Assembly: GCA_965216955.1 (NCBI GenBank)
Contig: CBDCGV010000016.1
Coordinates: forward strand, 13,592 to 77,591
Length of the DNA stretch: 64,000 nt
Reading direction: 5' to 3'
DNA from: Chitinophagales bacterium
Lineage (GTDB): Bacteria > Bacteroidota > Bacteroidia > Chitinophagales > JADIYW01
Shown: positions 40,620 to 50,644 of the stretch, piece by piece
Numbering within the stretch: the stretch's first letter is position 1
Layout of the letters: every line of letters begins with the position of its first letter
Translations under genes and position numbers: made by a program
The notes under the pieces: model-generated
The model's input: the letters and a program-made list of their open reading frames with translations, nothing else
What the model was told of the DNA's origin: nothing
The model's database searches: none

Positions 40620-41774
40620 TTAAAGGTAATCCATCCGCTCTAATTTCGCCATCATTTCTAAAAGTATTACCCCCGATAGATGATCAGACAAATAAGACAC
40701 CTCCCAATTTATATTTCCTGTAGCAGCCCAATTCCCTGTAAATATATTTAGATCGGGCTCACGAGCGTTATTCCACAACGCATTGGCATTTGTCTGAAGA
40801 AAATTAACATAAGCAGCTTCTTTCGATCCATCTAAATCGCCATATAAGATCAACTCTGTCAAATATCTCACAAAGATACCTTTGAACAAACCACCATCCC
40901 GTCCATTTTCATCAATTCTTAAAATACCATTTTCAGTATAGTTGTTTATGAAATAATCGGCTGTTCGTATAGCTTCCAGAATGTACTGATAATTCCCTGA
41001 TATCCTATACAATTCCGTATTTTCACCAATGTAAGTGCCCTGATTATAAGCATATATATCTTTTAAAACACCTGTTGTTTGTATCCCATCCCAAACTATC
41101 CCTGTTACAGGATCAACAAGTATTTCCTTCTGCCAGTCATGAATCTTAATGGCCCATGAAGAATCACTTTTATTACCAAATTGTCGATATAATCGTGACG
41201 CCAAAATAGATGCCGGAGCATTTGAAGGGGTATTTTTGAATTTCAAACTGGATAAAAATTGTTCTTCCAACGACCAATAGATGCCGCCGTCATGAGGACT
41301 ATTAGACCAGCCTGTTTTTATTCCACCCCACAATTCAGTTGTAACTCTTTTAAATTTTGATTTGTTCATTATTTCATGTGCTCTTTGATACGCTAAAGCC
41401 AGCCAGAGCATGTCGTCATAAGAGGTAGTGAGATAACTAAAAAAGAAAACATATTGGTTGTAAAAGGTTGATTCCAATTTTAGTAATCGTCGCTGATAAA
41501 ATTCGTCGCCTGTTCTTAGATAGCCATCTACCATTACTTCTGCTGCATGCGCGTTCCACCAATAGATGTTACCTCCATCATCGTTACTAAATTCTTTGTA
41601 TCTATAAGTTTGAGGAATCCAAAAAGTCTCATTTAAAGCTGTTTGTGAGATAGCGGCACGTTGACTCCATATTGGATTGTCAGGTGTGGCTGGAGTAGGG
41701 AACTCTAGATCTGGCAGACAGCCTGTAAAAAATAATGTGCTAACTATTGATAGAAGAATAATTCTCATTTTCAC
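40620..41774 (-). CDS. Glycoside hydrolase family 76-like lipoprotein (alpha-1,6-mannanase family)
   Basis: 384 aa with lipobox LFFTGCLP. YWWNAHAAEVMVDGYLRTGD and the tandem-Asp motif SYDDMLWLALAYQRAHE resemble GH76 signatures. The assignment is by eye. Confidence 0.6.
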   Translation of the reverse strand: MKMRIILLSIVSTLFFTGCLPDLEFPTPATPDNPIWSQRAAISQTALNETFWIPQTYRYKEFSNDDGGNIYWWNAHAAEVMVDGYLRTGDEFYQRRLLKLESTFYNQYVFFFSYLTTSYDDMLWLALAYQRAHEIMNKSKFKRVTTELWGGIKTGWSNSPHDGGIYWSLEEQFLSSLKFKNTPSNAPASILASRLYRQFGNKSDSSWAIKIHDWQKEILVDPVTGIVWDGIQTTGVLKDIYAYNQGTYIGENTELYRISGNYQYILEAIRTADYFINNYTENGILRIDENGRDGGLFKGIFVRYLTELILYGDLDGSKEAAYVNFLQTNANALWNNAREPDLNIFTGNWAATGNINWEVSYLSDHLSGVILLEMMAKLERMDYL

Positions 41775-41865
41775 ATAACTTTAATGAGGTTGTAAAATAC
41801 ATTTATTTTGGGACGATATATCCGTTTTAAAATTAATCACTTTAGGAATTCATACCATTGGTGAA

Positions 41866-43341
41866 CTAAATAGGCGCTATTGGTGAACTAAATATTAGTG
41901 TTGAATCAAATTCTAACGGTAAGTTGTCGTAATCGAACTTTTCTTCAAGATCAAAACAATGATGATACAAATACACATTTGTAATATCGTCTGAATAGTG
42001 TTTATTAAGATAGTTACTTAGATAATATCTATACCATCCATATGCATCATCATCATACACTTCATCAGAGATTCCAAGGAGCCTCCACACATGCACAAAT
42101 TGGTGATACGCTACATACCTTTCCGTTAAACAGGAAAAACATCTCTCATATTTAGTATCATCAAAACTGCGATAAGTTTTCATTACGGTTTCTCTTGAGT
42201 TATCCTTTCTTTCGACTACCATTGTAAAATACCCTACCCACCTGTAAGGTTCTGGAGCATAAAGTGCCCATGCCTGCCAGAAAAAAGAGGCTCTCGTTTT
42301 GGAAAGATCTTCATTTATCCAGCTAAAAACTTTCATCTCCTGAAATTTAGCAGCGGTCTTACTATGCTCCCTACAAAAAACAAAGTGATAATAGACATTG
42401 TGTTGCAAAATGAAAATTATAAAAATTATGCTTGCAGCACTAAGTGCTTTTCTCAAAACCGCACTTCCTTTAAAATTAAACCTGAAACGTTCAGTCAGCG
42501 TTTCCAGTTTAAGTTTAGTCCAATGTTTTGGCAATGGTATTAATAATGCGATTACAGGCAGGACTGCAAATTTAAAATGTCCAAATTCTGAAAAAAGATC
42601 TAATGACCAGTGAAAAGTCAATAAAAAGACAACAAGAAAAGACCGTACCCATTTGCTCTGGAATGACAGTAATAATAATATAGGAAAAGTATATTCTATT
42701 ATTAATGTAACAAAGTTTAACCCTCTGACCAAAAAAGGGAACTCTAAAATAGAATAGGCTAATGGTTTGGTAAATGATACATTTAAAAGAACTCTTGCAG
42801 CAGCAGATCCATTTAACCAGGAAACACCAGTTTTATTAATCCCGTTAAAAAAGTAAATAACTGTTATCTGGATAAAAATAAGTGCGAATAACCACCCACT
42901 AACTTCTATTTTCTTTTTGTCTTTAGATTGTGCTACATAATAAAGTGCAATTAAGATATTAAGAAAAAGAAGTACAATAAAATAAGAATCGAATCCACCA
43001 TGAACCATTTCATATCTACGTGCAATAATTACATAAAAGGCATAAGATACAATTGAGGCAATTAAGGGATAAAAGTTAAGTGCCATTGCCAAATAACTAC
43101 AGCATGCTAGCAATAATGTGAACGTTAAAGTTGTTTCATTCGCAAATAAGAACCCAAAATATCCTTTATAATGAAGATCTGCATAATTGGTCCCCAATAA
43201 TCCAACATATGGAGAATATACTTCTTGAAAACAACCAACTTTAATTAAGAGTAAACTGATAATAAGGGTAATACCTAATGCAAACCTGAAACATAAGATA
43301 TTGGTGTAATCAATCTTAAAATTTGCCTTATCAAATGACAT
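41866..43341 (-). CDS. Polytopic membrane protein, HTTM-like (vitamin K-dependent gamma-carboxylase-related) N-terminal domain plus a roughly 200-aa C-terminal soluble domain
   Basis: 491 aa with about 8 hydrophobic helices in the first 300 aa. FRFALGITLII and IQITVIYFFNGINKTGVSWLNGSA resemble HTTM conserved blocks. This is a weak call made by eye. Confidence 0.45.
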   Translation of the reverse strand: MSFDKANFKIDYTNILCFRFALGITLIISLLLIKVGCFQEVYSPYVGLLGTNYADLHYKGYFGFLFANETTLTFTLLLACCSYLAMALNFYPLIASIVSYAFYVIIARRYEMVHGGFDSYFIVLLFLNILIALYYVAQSKDKKKIEVSGWLFALIFIQITVIYFFNGINKTGVSWLNGSAAARVLLNVSFTKPLAYSILEFPFLVRGLNFVTLIIEYTFPILLLLSFQSKWVRSFLVVFLLTFHWSLDLFSEFGHFKFAVLPVIALLIPLPKHWTKLKLETLTERFRFNFKGSAVLRKALSAASIIFIIFILQHNVYYHFVFCREHSKTAAKFQEMKVFSWINEDLSKTRASFFWQAWALYAPEPYRWVGYFTMVVERKDNSRETVMKTYRSFDDTKYERCFSCLTERYVAYHQFVHVWRLLGISDEVYDDDAYGWYRYYLSNYLNKHYSDDITNVYLYHHCFDLEEKFDYDNLPLEFDSTLIFSSPIAPI

Positions 43342-43425
43342 ATACAGTAAATTTAATATTTAATTGGTTTACCATATTTAGATAGTTTTGAATACAATGG
43401 TATTTATTCCCCTATTTTAAGATCT

Positions 43426-45117
43426 TCAATATTTATAAAAAATACTGCTAAAAGTGGGTACTCCTTTTTGTTCCCAGACTAAGCAATAAACTCCCAGTTT
43501 TAAGGAGGTAATATTGACCTTTTCATTATACGTGCCCTTCTGTACAATTTGCCCTAGACTATTCACTATTTTATAGGAATCTATACTAAAATGATTATCA
43601 CTTGATTTAATTGCTATAAAATCGCTACTTGGGTTAGGGAAGACTGCTACTTTAGAAATCTTTGATTCGAATATAGATACGGGTGTTTCTTCTGAGCAAT
43701 TTGTTTCTACTATTGCTGTATTATCTCCCATATATCCTTGCCAAAAGCTGGATTTCAAATCTGTATTGTATACAGATAATTTAAAGGATGAATTCCTAAA
43801 ATTAAGTACATCTGCATCATTCGTCACTTTGATCAATTCAAGTAAATTATTGTTATCTAGATCTGTCAATAAAGGAGAGTTACCATAAGCCAAATGGTTA
43901 GAATCGCTGATTAATACTTCATTTTGTTGGGATATTGGGTCATACAATGCCATTTCGTTATAGATGACACCATTGATTAAATGATTTCTTGAATATATTA
44001 CTCCTGAACTGAATGCTGAATTATCAAATGAAACTCCGGTAGAAAATTCGTATTGATAACCTACAGTATCAATAAGCGTTACTCCCCCATCCTTCCCGTC
44101 AATTAAATATTGTTCAAATCCCGAATAAACTGGCCATGCACCATATGATACGGTTGTAAAAAAGTCTAAAATAGAATCTCCACCAGCATAAAACCCTGGT
44201 GTAATACCCGAATAAATTTCTGAAACCGGTATTACTGACTCCCATATTAAGCTATTATCGACACCATCAAAAGCTACTATTCGGCTATTTAAATTAGGAG
44301 CTATAATATCATACCACCCATCGCAATTAATATCTGCAATTACTGGAGGCTGAATAAAGCCTTTATCATCATCTGAGGCTAAAATTGTATATGATGAGAT
44401 ACTATCATCATTCAATTCCGTCAGTTCCATCTTTAGCAATTCTCCTCCATGCTGTTCTCCTCCAGTTCCAATAATAATGAAAGTAGTATCCTTAACATCA
44501 ATTAGTACCGGAGACATAAACGTTTCTGATTCCGTAGGCAGTAATGCTTCATTGATGATCTTACCATCAGCCGAAGAAATAACCAATAATTTTGGCGTAA
44601 CATTTTCACCATTAAAGGAAATTAGAAGATCCTTTTTGCTGTCATCATTCCAATCTCCTATTACTTGTGGATTATAGTAATTCGAATTTGATGCCTTTTG
44701 ATTATTACTTTCATTAAGCGTCCATATTTTATCTCCTGTTAAACCATCTATAGCCAATAGCGCGCCTCCTCTTCCATTGATGATTACATCTTCAGTGTCA
44801 TCTCCATTTACTTTCATAAAAATGGCATAACCAAATACCCCACCCATGTCGTGCACATAATCCCATAAAATATCTCCGTTTAAACCATTAAAGGCCATAG
44901 CACCTGATCTTATTATCCCAGTAGTATCTTGCGGACTGCTATATCCAATTACAACATCTAGCACATTATCGCCATTTAAATCAAATGTTTTAGGTGATGA
45001 TAACGTATTAATCCCATCCATTTGTTTTTCCCATACCTGATCAGTAATTGACTGACTAAAACCCAAAACTGAAATCAAACAGAATGCACAAATTATTACT
45101 ACCTGTTTTTTTTGCAT
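43426..45117 (-). CDS. FG-GAP/PQQ-like beta-propeller protein with a T9SS C-terminal sorting domain (paralog of 38696-40399)
   Basis: 563 aa. It aligns by eye with the 567-aa protein, for example ILWDYVHDMGGVFGYAIFMKVNGDDTEDVIINGRGGALLAIDGLTGDKIW versus ILWHTKSSESIFGSALFLDVNDDNVDDIILSGRDGALMCLNGHDGIVIW. The CTD-like end is VFPNPSSDFIAIKS...GVYCLVWEQKG. Confidence 0.6.
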   Translation of the reverse strand: MQKKQVVIICAFCLISVLGFSQSITDQVWEKQMDGINTLSSPKTFDLNGDNVLDVVIGYSSPQDTTGIIRSGAMAFNGLNGDILWDYVHDMGGVFGYAIFMKVNGDDTEDVIINGRGGALLAIDGLTGDKIWTLNESNNQKASNSNYYNPQVIGDWNDDSKKDLLISFNGENVTPKLLVISSADGKIINEALLPTESETFMSPVLIDVKDTTFIIIGTGGEQHGGELLKMELTELNDDSISSYTILASDDDKGFIQPPVIADINCDGWYDIIAPNLNSRIVAFDGVDNSLIWESVIPVSEIYSGITPGFYAGGDSILDFFTTVSYGAWPVYSGFEQYLIDGKDGGVTLIDTVGYQYEFSTGVSFDNSAFSSGVIYSRNHLINGVIYNEMALYDPISQQNEVLISDSNHLAYGNSPLLTDLDNNNLLELIKVTNDADVLNFRNSSFKLSVYNTDLKSSFWQGYMGDNTAIVETNCSEETPVSIFESKISKVAVFPNPSSDFIAIKSSDNHFSIDSYKIVNSLGQIVQKGTYNEKVNITSLKLGVYCLVWEQKGVPTFSSIFYKY

Positions 45118-45499
45118 AAAGTTCTTATCAAATTAAAAAATGTTCACTTAAATATTATTAAAGTTGATTTACAAGAAACCTACTTCAACTGTATATGGCA
45201 TAACCTAAGACAAGCATCTATTTATCCTTTAGTTAATGAGATTAAAAATCAAATATCAAAGACTAAAACACCTCACTTGCTTGCTTTTTATCACACCCTC
45301 TTCTCAGATGAGGCAAGATACGATTTATAACAAGATGTTTACGAAAACATGCGCATAATTTAGACCATCCATTATCCACTCAACCATGGTCGGCACTCTG
45401 TTTAATTTGGAAAAATCTCTTTTATTACTATTATTTTTGGAGATGCATATTTTAATTTGCACTTACTATCAATCCCAATTTAAGTAAGGTTACGTAATA

Positions 45500-46657
45500 C
45501 TAGGGTTTGGTCATTTTAATTGACACATAGTCGTCCAACGAAGTTTCAAACGCTCTTAATTTGATACTACCTTCTAAAAAGTTGCTTTCAATCGAAGAGA
45601 TTGCTACCACCTTTGCAGGGAAGTCTACTGGCTTCAGCACTATATATTTTCCAGTTAAGCTAAGTTCCCATTTACCATTAAGGTCAGCAACATAGCTCTC
45701 TTCTCTTTTAGGATACTTAACCTTTAAAGATTTATGTAAATTAAAAGTACTATCAGCATTAAATGTAATCTCAAACACCGGATCTTCCATTTTACAGGAA
45801 TCTGCACACACCTTAAATGGATTATTAGTTGCACGCCACGCACCTATTAAGTTTTTATAAATAGTATCTAATTCTGCCTTTTCGAGTACTTCATCCTGAT
45901 AGAATTCGATTCCCCGATTTTGAGGAGGTTTATAGGCATATGAATTAATGTAAGTACTTCCAGCAATTTTACTTTGTTTTTGAGAATTAAGGTGAAGAAC
46001 TTTAACCCCTGAAGGGCTTTCATCATACAAGAATATAAAATAATTACCCTTATAATTATACGATTTATACTTCCCATAGTTTGACTCAATCAGACCATTC
46101 TTATGCGTCAATATAATTGCTTCATCATTCTCAAAAAAATGAAGATCGTATAGTATTTCTGAGGAGCTACCATTAGATACCACCCAATTACTATTAACTA
46201 AGCTATTACTGTCTATATCGAGGTGATGTTCTCTTGTGACTGAAGGGATTTTTTTTAAAACTAACTCCCTTATAGTATTTGCATCCGCTGTAAGTATCAA
46301 TCTTATTTCATTTTCTGTAAATGAACCTGATACATTTTCATTCCTTTTTCTTATTGTAAGCTTATTTCCACTTCTAGAGTACTTGTGTTGAAATTCAGTA
46401 CCTGGTCCAATTATCCTTACTTTCCCCTGTTTAGAGAATTCGAAAATCATGTGATTATTGAAATATGTAGTATCTCTGGTAGCATTAATTAGCAGTTCAG
46501 CATATGATTCATTTGTTTGCTCATCGACCGATATTGTTCTTGTATTAATGGTCTTTTCATATATAGCGATCCAAGTTCCTTCAATACCTTGCGACATAAC
46601 ATCAAAAGACATTAAAAAAAATAGCAGTAACAATAGATTAAAAAATTTCATATTCAT
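45500..46657 (-). CDS. Secreted hypothetical protein (possibly lipocalin-like repeats)
   Basis: 385 aa with the signal peptide MNMKFFNLLLLLFFLMSFDVMSQ. G-x-W motifs recur (GTWIAIYEK, GAWRATNNP, GKWELSL). I recognise no family. Confidence 0.4.
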   Translation of the reverse strand: MNMKFFNLLLLLFFLMSFDVMSQGIEGTWIAIYEKTINTRTISVDEQTNESYAELLINATRDTTYFNNHMIFEFSKQGKVRIIGPGTEFQHKYSRSGNKLTIRKRNENVSGSFTENEIRLILTADANTIRELVLKKIPSVTREHHLDIDSNSLVNSNWVVSNGSSSEILYDLHFFENDEAIILTHKNGLIESNYGKYKSYNYKGNYFIFLYDESPSGVKVLHLNSQKQSKIAGSTYINSYAYKPPQNRGIEFYQDEVLEKAELDTIYKNLIGAWRATNNPFKVCADSCKMEDPVFEITFNADSTFNLHKSLKVKYPKREESYVADLNGKWELSLTGKYIVLKPVDFPAKVVAISSIESNFLEGSIKLRAFETSLDDYVSIKMTKP

Positions 46658-46740
46658 TTCAACGATTAAATATAGACAGCATATTTGTTAAAAGGATATA
46701 ATAGAAACACATAAGATAATTTCATCTAACTAGAATTTCA

Positions 46741-47529
46741 TCATTTTCTTACACGTCCTTCTTGCTTATGCAAATTCTTTATATTTTTCAAAGGCCTTCC
46801 AAGCAGAGTTTCGGCTGCCTCAACTCCTTCTAGTTTTTGTTCTGAAGTCAACTGCGCTTCTAATTCAAATATCTCGTTTATTGCTGTTTCCTGATCTTCA
46901 TAAGGAAAGTCACTTTTAGATTCATTAAATATCAGGTACCAAACATATCCCAAGAAAATATCCCGATCAATAAACATTCCTGAGATATACATTCTCGCTA
47001 AATTCCATCTGGTAGCTGTAACGTATCCACTGTTATCTAAATCTTCTGGGTTTTGTAATTTTCCAAGTCTTACCGCCCATTTCAGGAATTCATTTTTATT
47101 TATTTCTGTTCCAATACCATCCATGTAACAATTTATAACATTGAACAGGCACATAATATGATCATTTTCTGCACATCTTAATGCAAACGATAAAGCCTTT
47201 TCATCACTTTGTGGCACACCATCACCTTTTCCATGCACAAACATCATTGCAACAATGGCATCATTATATCCGCTTTCAGCTGACTTCGAGAACCATTCTA
47301 TTGCCTTTTGGACATCTTTTTCAACTCCATTTCCAGTGGCATAAAAATCCCCTAATAAATATTGTGCCTCCGAATCACCAAGTTCTGCAACTAGCGTCAA
47401 TAATGGTATAGCTTTTTCAATATCATTTGATTCAATCAGTGTTTTTGCTTGTGATTTTAAGCCTGTATAATCCTGACCATGCGCAAATGAAGCAATTAAA
47501 AATATAAATGGTATAAGCTTAAAATTCAT
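46741..47529 (-). CDS. Sel1-repeat (TPR-like) secreted protein
   Basis: 262 aa with a signal peptide. It has the Sel1 motif GDSEAQYLLGDFYATGNGVEKDVQKAIEWFSKSAESGYNDA. Confidence 0.75.
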   Translation of the reverse strand: MNFKLIPFIFLIASFAHGQDYTGLKSQAKTLIESNDIEKAIPLLTLVAELGDSEAQYLLGDFYATGNGVEKDVQKAIEWFSKSAESGYNDAIVAMMFVHGKGDGVPQSDEKALSFALRCAENDHIMCLFNVINCYMDGIGTEINKNEFLKWAVRLGKLQNPEDLDNSGYVTATRWNLARMYISGMFIDRDIFLGYVWYLIFNESKSDFPYEDQETAINEIFELEAQLTSEQKLEGVEAAETLLGRPLKNIKNLHKQEGRVRK

Positions 47530-47783
47530 AGATTGTTCTTTCTCTATTTATTTAAACAAAAATTATGCCCTTTTTCAATCCAATATAGAACTAATTACAC
47601 AAATTGTCTTAACTCCTCTAATATTCATTTTAAACTAATCACATTACAATTTTCATAAAACTTATCTGACTATTTAGAAAGCTAAAATAGCTGGCAATAT
47701 CACAATAAGGCAATATTTAATCCCCCTAATATTGAAAATCTATAGTCAGAAAATTTATCTTCACGATATTATTATATTCAATA

Positions 47784-48983
47784 ATGAATGATTCAAAAGT
47801 CGTTGTAAATGGTATAGCAACCTCACTACCACATCAAATATGTAAAAGATGTGTTCAAGATACAACGGTCCCAGGAATATCTTTCGATCAATCAGGCATT
47901 TGCAATTTTTGTCACTTACATGATGAAATGACAAAAATATACCCCAATGGTGCAATGGGAAGAGAAAAATTAGCCTCTATTTTTAAAACAATTAAAAAAG
48001 CAGGTAAAAAGAAAAAATATGATTGCGTTGTAGGTATAAGCGGAGGAAGAGACAGCACCTACCTTTTGTGGAAAGTAGTAAAAGAATGGGGACTAAGGCC
48101 CCTTGCCGTCCATTTTAATGATGGCTTTGACAATCCTGTTGGAGGAGAAAATATGATGAATGCAGTTACTAAGCTAGGCGTTGAGCTAAGAACTATAACT
48201 TCTGATTGGCGAGAAGCAAAGGATTTAAAAATCACCTTTTTGAAAGCTTCTGTACCGGATTTGAATTTAGGAACAGACATTGGAATTGCCACTGCGCTTT
48301 ATGGAGTTGCTCATCAAGAGGGAATAAAATATATTCTTATTGGACAATCCTTTAGAACCGAAGGTGTAAAACCGCTTTCATGGTCCTATTTTGATGGAGA
48401 CTACCTAAGAAATGTACAAAAAAAATTTGGTACGAGACCGCTACGAAAATGGACTCCAAATGACCCTGGATTTAATTTGGGAATAAAAGAGCTCACCTAT
48501 TATACGGTTTATAAAAGTATTAAAACAATAACTCCTATGTATTATACTGATTATATCCGCAAAGAAGCTGAAGCCATTATTACAAAAGAACTCAGCTGGA
48601 AGTACCCTGGCGCACATTATTTTGATGATTTATATCATAGCATAATTAAATATGTTCATCGAGTTAAATTCAATATAGATTTAAACATGAATAGTGATTC
48701 TGCTCTAGTTAGATCTAATCAAATGGATAGAGCAAAAGCATTAGAGCGAGCGCATAGCATCTATAAGATCGAAAGCGATAGAATTATTGATTTATGCATT
48801 AAGAGATTGGGCATTAGTCGAGACGAATTTGAATCTTATCTGCAACTCCCTCCAAGAACATTTAGAGACTATAAAACAAGTTATCGCTTTATTAGAACTA
48901 TGAAATATCCTATTTGGATGGCCTCACAATTAAACCTAGTACCTAAAATAGCATACAACAAATATTTCAATTGTGGCAAATAA
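47784..48983 (+). CDS. N-acetyl sugar amidotransferase (WbpG/PseA-like PP-loop ATPase)
   Basis: 399 aa. It has an N-terminal Cys4 ribbon, CKRCVQDT...CNFCHLH, and a PP-loop, VVGISGGRDSTYL. Confidence 0.8.
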   Translation: MNDSKVVVNGIATSLPHQICKRCVQDTTVPGISFDQSGICNFCHLHDEMTKIYPNGAMGREKLASIFKTIKKAGKKKKYDCVVGISGGRDSTYLLWKVVKEWGLRPLAVHFNDGFDNPVGGENMMNAVTKLGVELRTITSDWREAKDLKITFLKASVPDLNLGTDIGIATALYGVAHQEGIKYILIGQSFRTEGVKPLSWSYFDGDYLRNVQKKFGTRPLRKWTPNDPGFNLGIKELTYYTVYKSIKTITPMYYTDYIRKEAEAIITKELSWKYPGAHYFDDLYHSIIKYVHRVKFNIDLNMNSDSALVRSNQMDRAKALERAHSIYKIESDRIIDLCIKRLGISRDEFESYLQLPPRTFRDYKTSYRFIRTMKYPIWMASQLNLVPKIAYNKYFNCGK

Positions 48984-50601
48984 ACCTACATATGTACTTG
49001 GAATAAATGGTGGTGTTAGAATGGGATATCAAGATATCTCTGCTGCGCTTTCAAAAAATGGAGAAATTATTGCTGCGATAGAGGAAGAGCGGTTAAATCG
49101 CATAAAGCATTCTCCTGGTCAAATCCCCTATTTATCAATAAAAAAAGTATTACAAATTGCCCAAATAAATTTGGAAGAGGTTGACTTAGTGGTTAGCCAT
49201 GGAAGTACCTGGGGTGAAGCATATGAAAGTGTATTGAGAAAGCATTTTAAGATGTATTTCAATTATTGCCCTCCCATAAATAGGGTTCATCATCATTTAG
49301 CACATGCAGCTTCTACCTATTATGCCTCAGGTTTTAAAGAAGCCATGGTGCTATCCATTGATGCCTCAGGGGATGGCATCAGTTTACAAAAGGCTATTGG
49401 ATCTGATGGTAATTTAGAAATAGTTGAACAAATACCCAGAACCAATAGCTTAGGAATTTATTATTCTCTAATAACCCAGTTTTGCGGTTTTACCAGAGAT
49501 AGTGATGAGTACAAACTGATGGGCTTAGCACCGTATGGAGATCCAAATAAAATAAAATTAGACTGGTTGTTAGATACAATAGATGGTGGATATAAGTTTA
49601 ATCAAAACTATATTCAAAAATTAGAGCCGGGTCAACCTCAACCTTCAAGACAACAAGCCATATATGATGACAAAATATTTGAAATTTTAGGCAACCCTAG
49701 AATTCCCGGAAGTATACTAACTCAACATTATAAAGATGTTGCTGCAGCTGCCCAATTAAAGCTTGAAGATACTTTAATACAAATAGTAACTGATTTTCAT
49801 AAAAAAACAGGCTTAAGAAAGCTTTGTTTGGCGGGAGGCGTTGCTCTAAATTGCTCGGCAAATATGCTTTTAATGAATCTTCCATGGTTAAATGATGTTT
49901 ATATTCAACCTGCTGCAGGAGACAATGGAATCTCGCTGGGTTGTGCATACCTTGGATCTAAAGCTTTAAATGAAACTCCTCAAAAAATGGCTTCTGCATA
50001 TTTAGGAGATTCATATAGCAATTCTGAAATTGAGCAATATCTGAAGCTTTTCAATTTATCTTATCAAAAAATCATATCTCCTGAAAAGGAGGCCGCAAAA
50101 TTGGTTGCTCAAGGAAAAGTGATAGGCTGGTTTCAAGGAAAAATGGAGTTTGGGCCTCGAGCTCTTGGCTCCAGGAGTATTCTCGCCTCACCACTTATAC
50201 CTGAAATGAAAGCAATTATAAATCAAAAAATTAAGTTTAGAGAAGGTTTTCGGCCTTTTTGCCCTTCAGTTTTAGAAGAAGACTTTTCAGAATATTTTGA
50301 AGGCAAGCAGCACAAATCACCCTATATGACCATTAATTATAAAGTTATATCAACAAAAATTCCCAGTGCTACGCATGTTAATGGAACAGCAAGAATCCAA
50401 ACCGTAAATAAAACTCAAAACCCTTTATTCTATAACTATTTATTGGAATTGAAGCATATTTCAGGTCATGGCATATCTCTAAACACTAGTTTTAACAGGA
50501 GCAATGAACCAATTGTAGCATCTCCAAAAGATGCGGTTTCCGTATTTTATGGATCAGGATTAGATGCGTTAATAATTGGAAATTTTCTCTTAATTAAATA
50601 A
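48973..50601 (+). CDS. Carbamoyltransferase (NodU/CmcH family)
   Basis: 542 aa with a GTG start that overlaps the upstream stop by 11 nt. The conserved N-terminus YVLGINGG...DISAAL...EEERLNRIKH and the HHLAHAAS motif are present. Confidence 0.85.
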   Translation: MANKPTYVLGINGGVRMGYQDISAALSKNGEIIAAIEEERLNRIKHSPGQIPYLSIKKVLQIAQINLEEVDLVVSHGSTWGEAYESVLRKHFKMYFNYCPPINRVHHHLAHAASTYYASGFKEAMVLSIDASGDGISLQKAIGSDGNLEIVEQIPRTNSLGIYYSLITQFCGFTRDSDEYKLMGLAPYGDPNKIKLDWLLDTIDGGYKFNQNYIQKLEPGQPQPSRQQAIYDDKIFEILGNPRIPGSILTQHYKDVAAAAQLKLEDTLIQIVTDFHKKTGLRKLCLAGGVALNCSANMLLMNLPWLNDVYIQPAAGDNGISLGCAYLGSKALNETPQKMASAYLGDSYSNSEIEQYLKLFNLSYQKIISPEKEAAKLVAQGKVIGWFQGKMEFGPRALGSRSILASPLIPEMKAIINQKIKFREGFRPFCPSVLEEDFSEYFEGKQHKSPYMTINYKVISTKIPSATHVNGTARIQTVNKTQNPLFYNYLLELKHISGHGISLNTSFNRSNEPIVASPKDAVSVFYGSGLDALIIGNFLLIK

Positions 50602-50644
50602 CCTTCTGTATTAAAAAAGCAGTTTGATACGATTTGGGAAGTCC

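Noticed and set aside
45112-45330. 72-aa plus-strand ORF in the 382-bp gap between 45117 and 45500
   Set aside because: It overlaps the start of the minus-strand gene, has a composition typical of AT-rich noncoding sequence, and shows no motif or signal. I saw no convincing RNA structure in the gap either.
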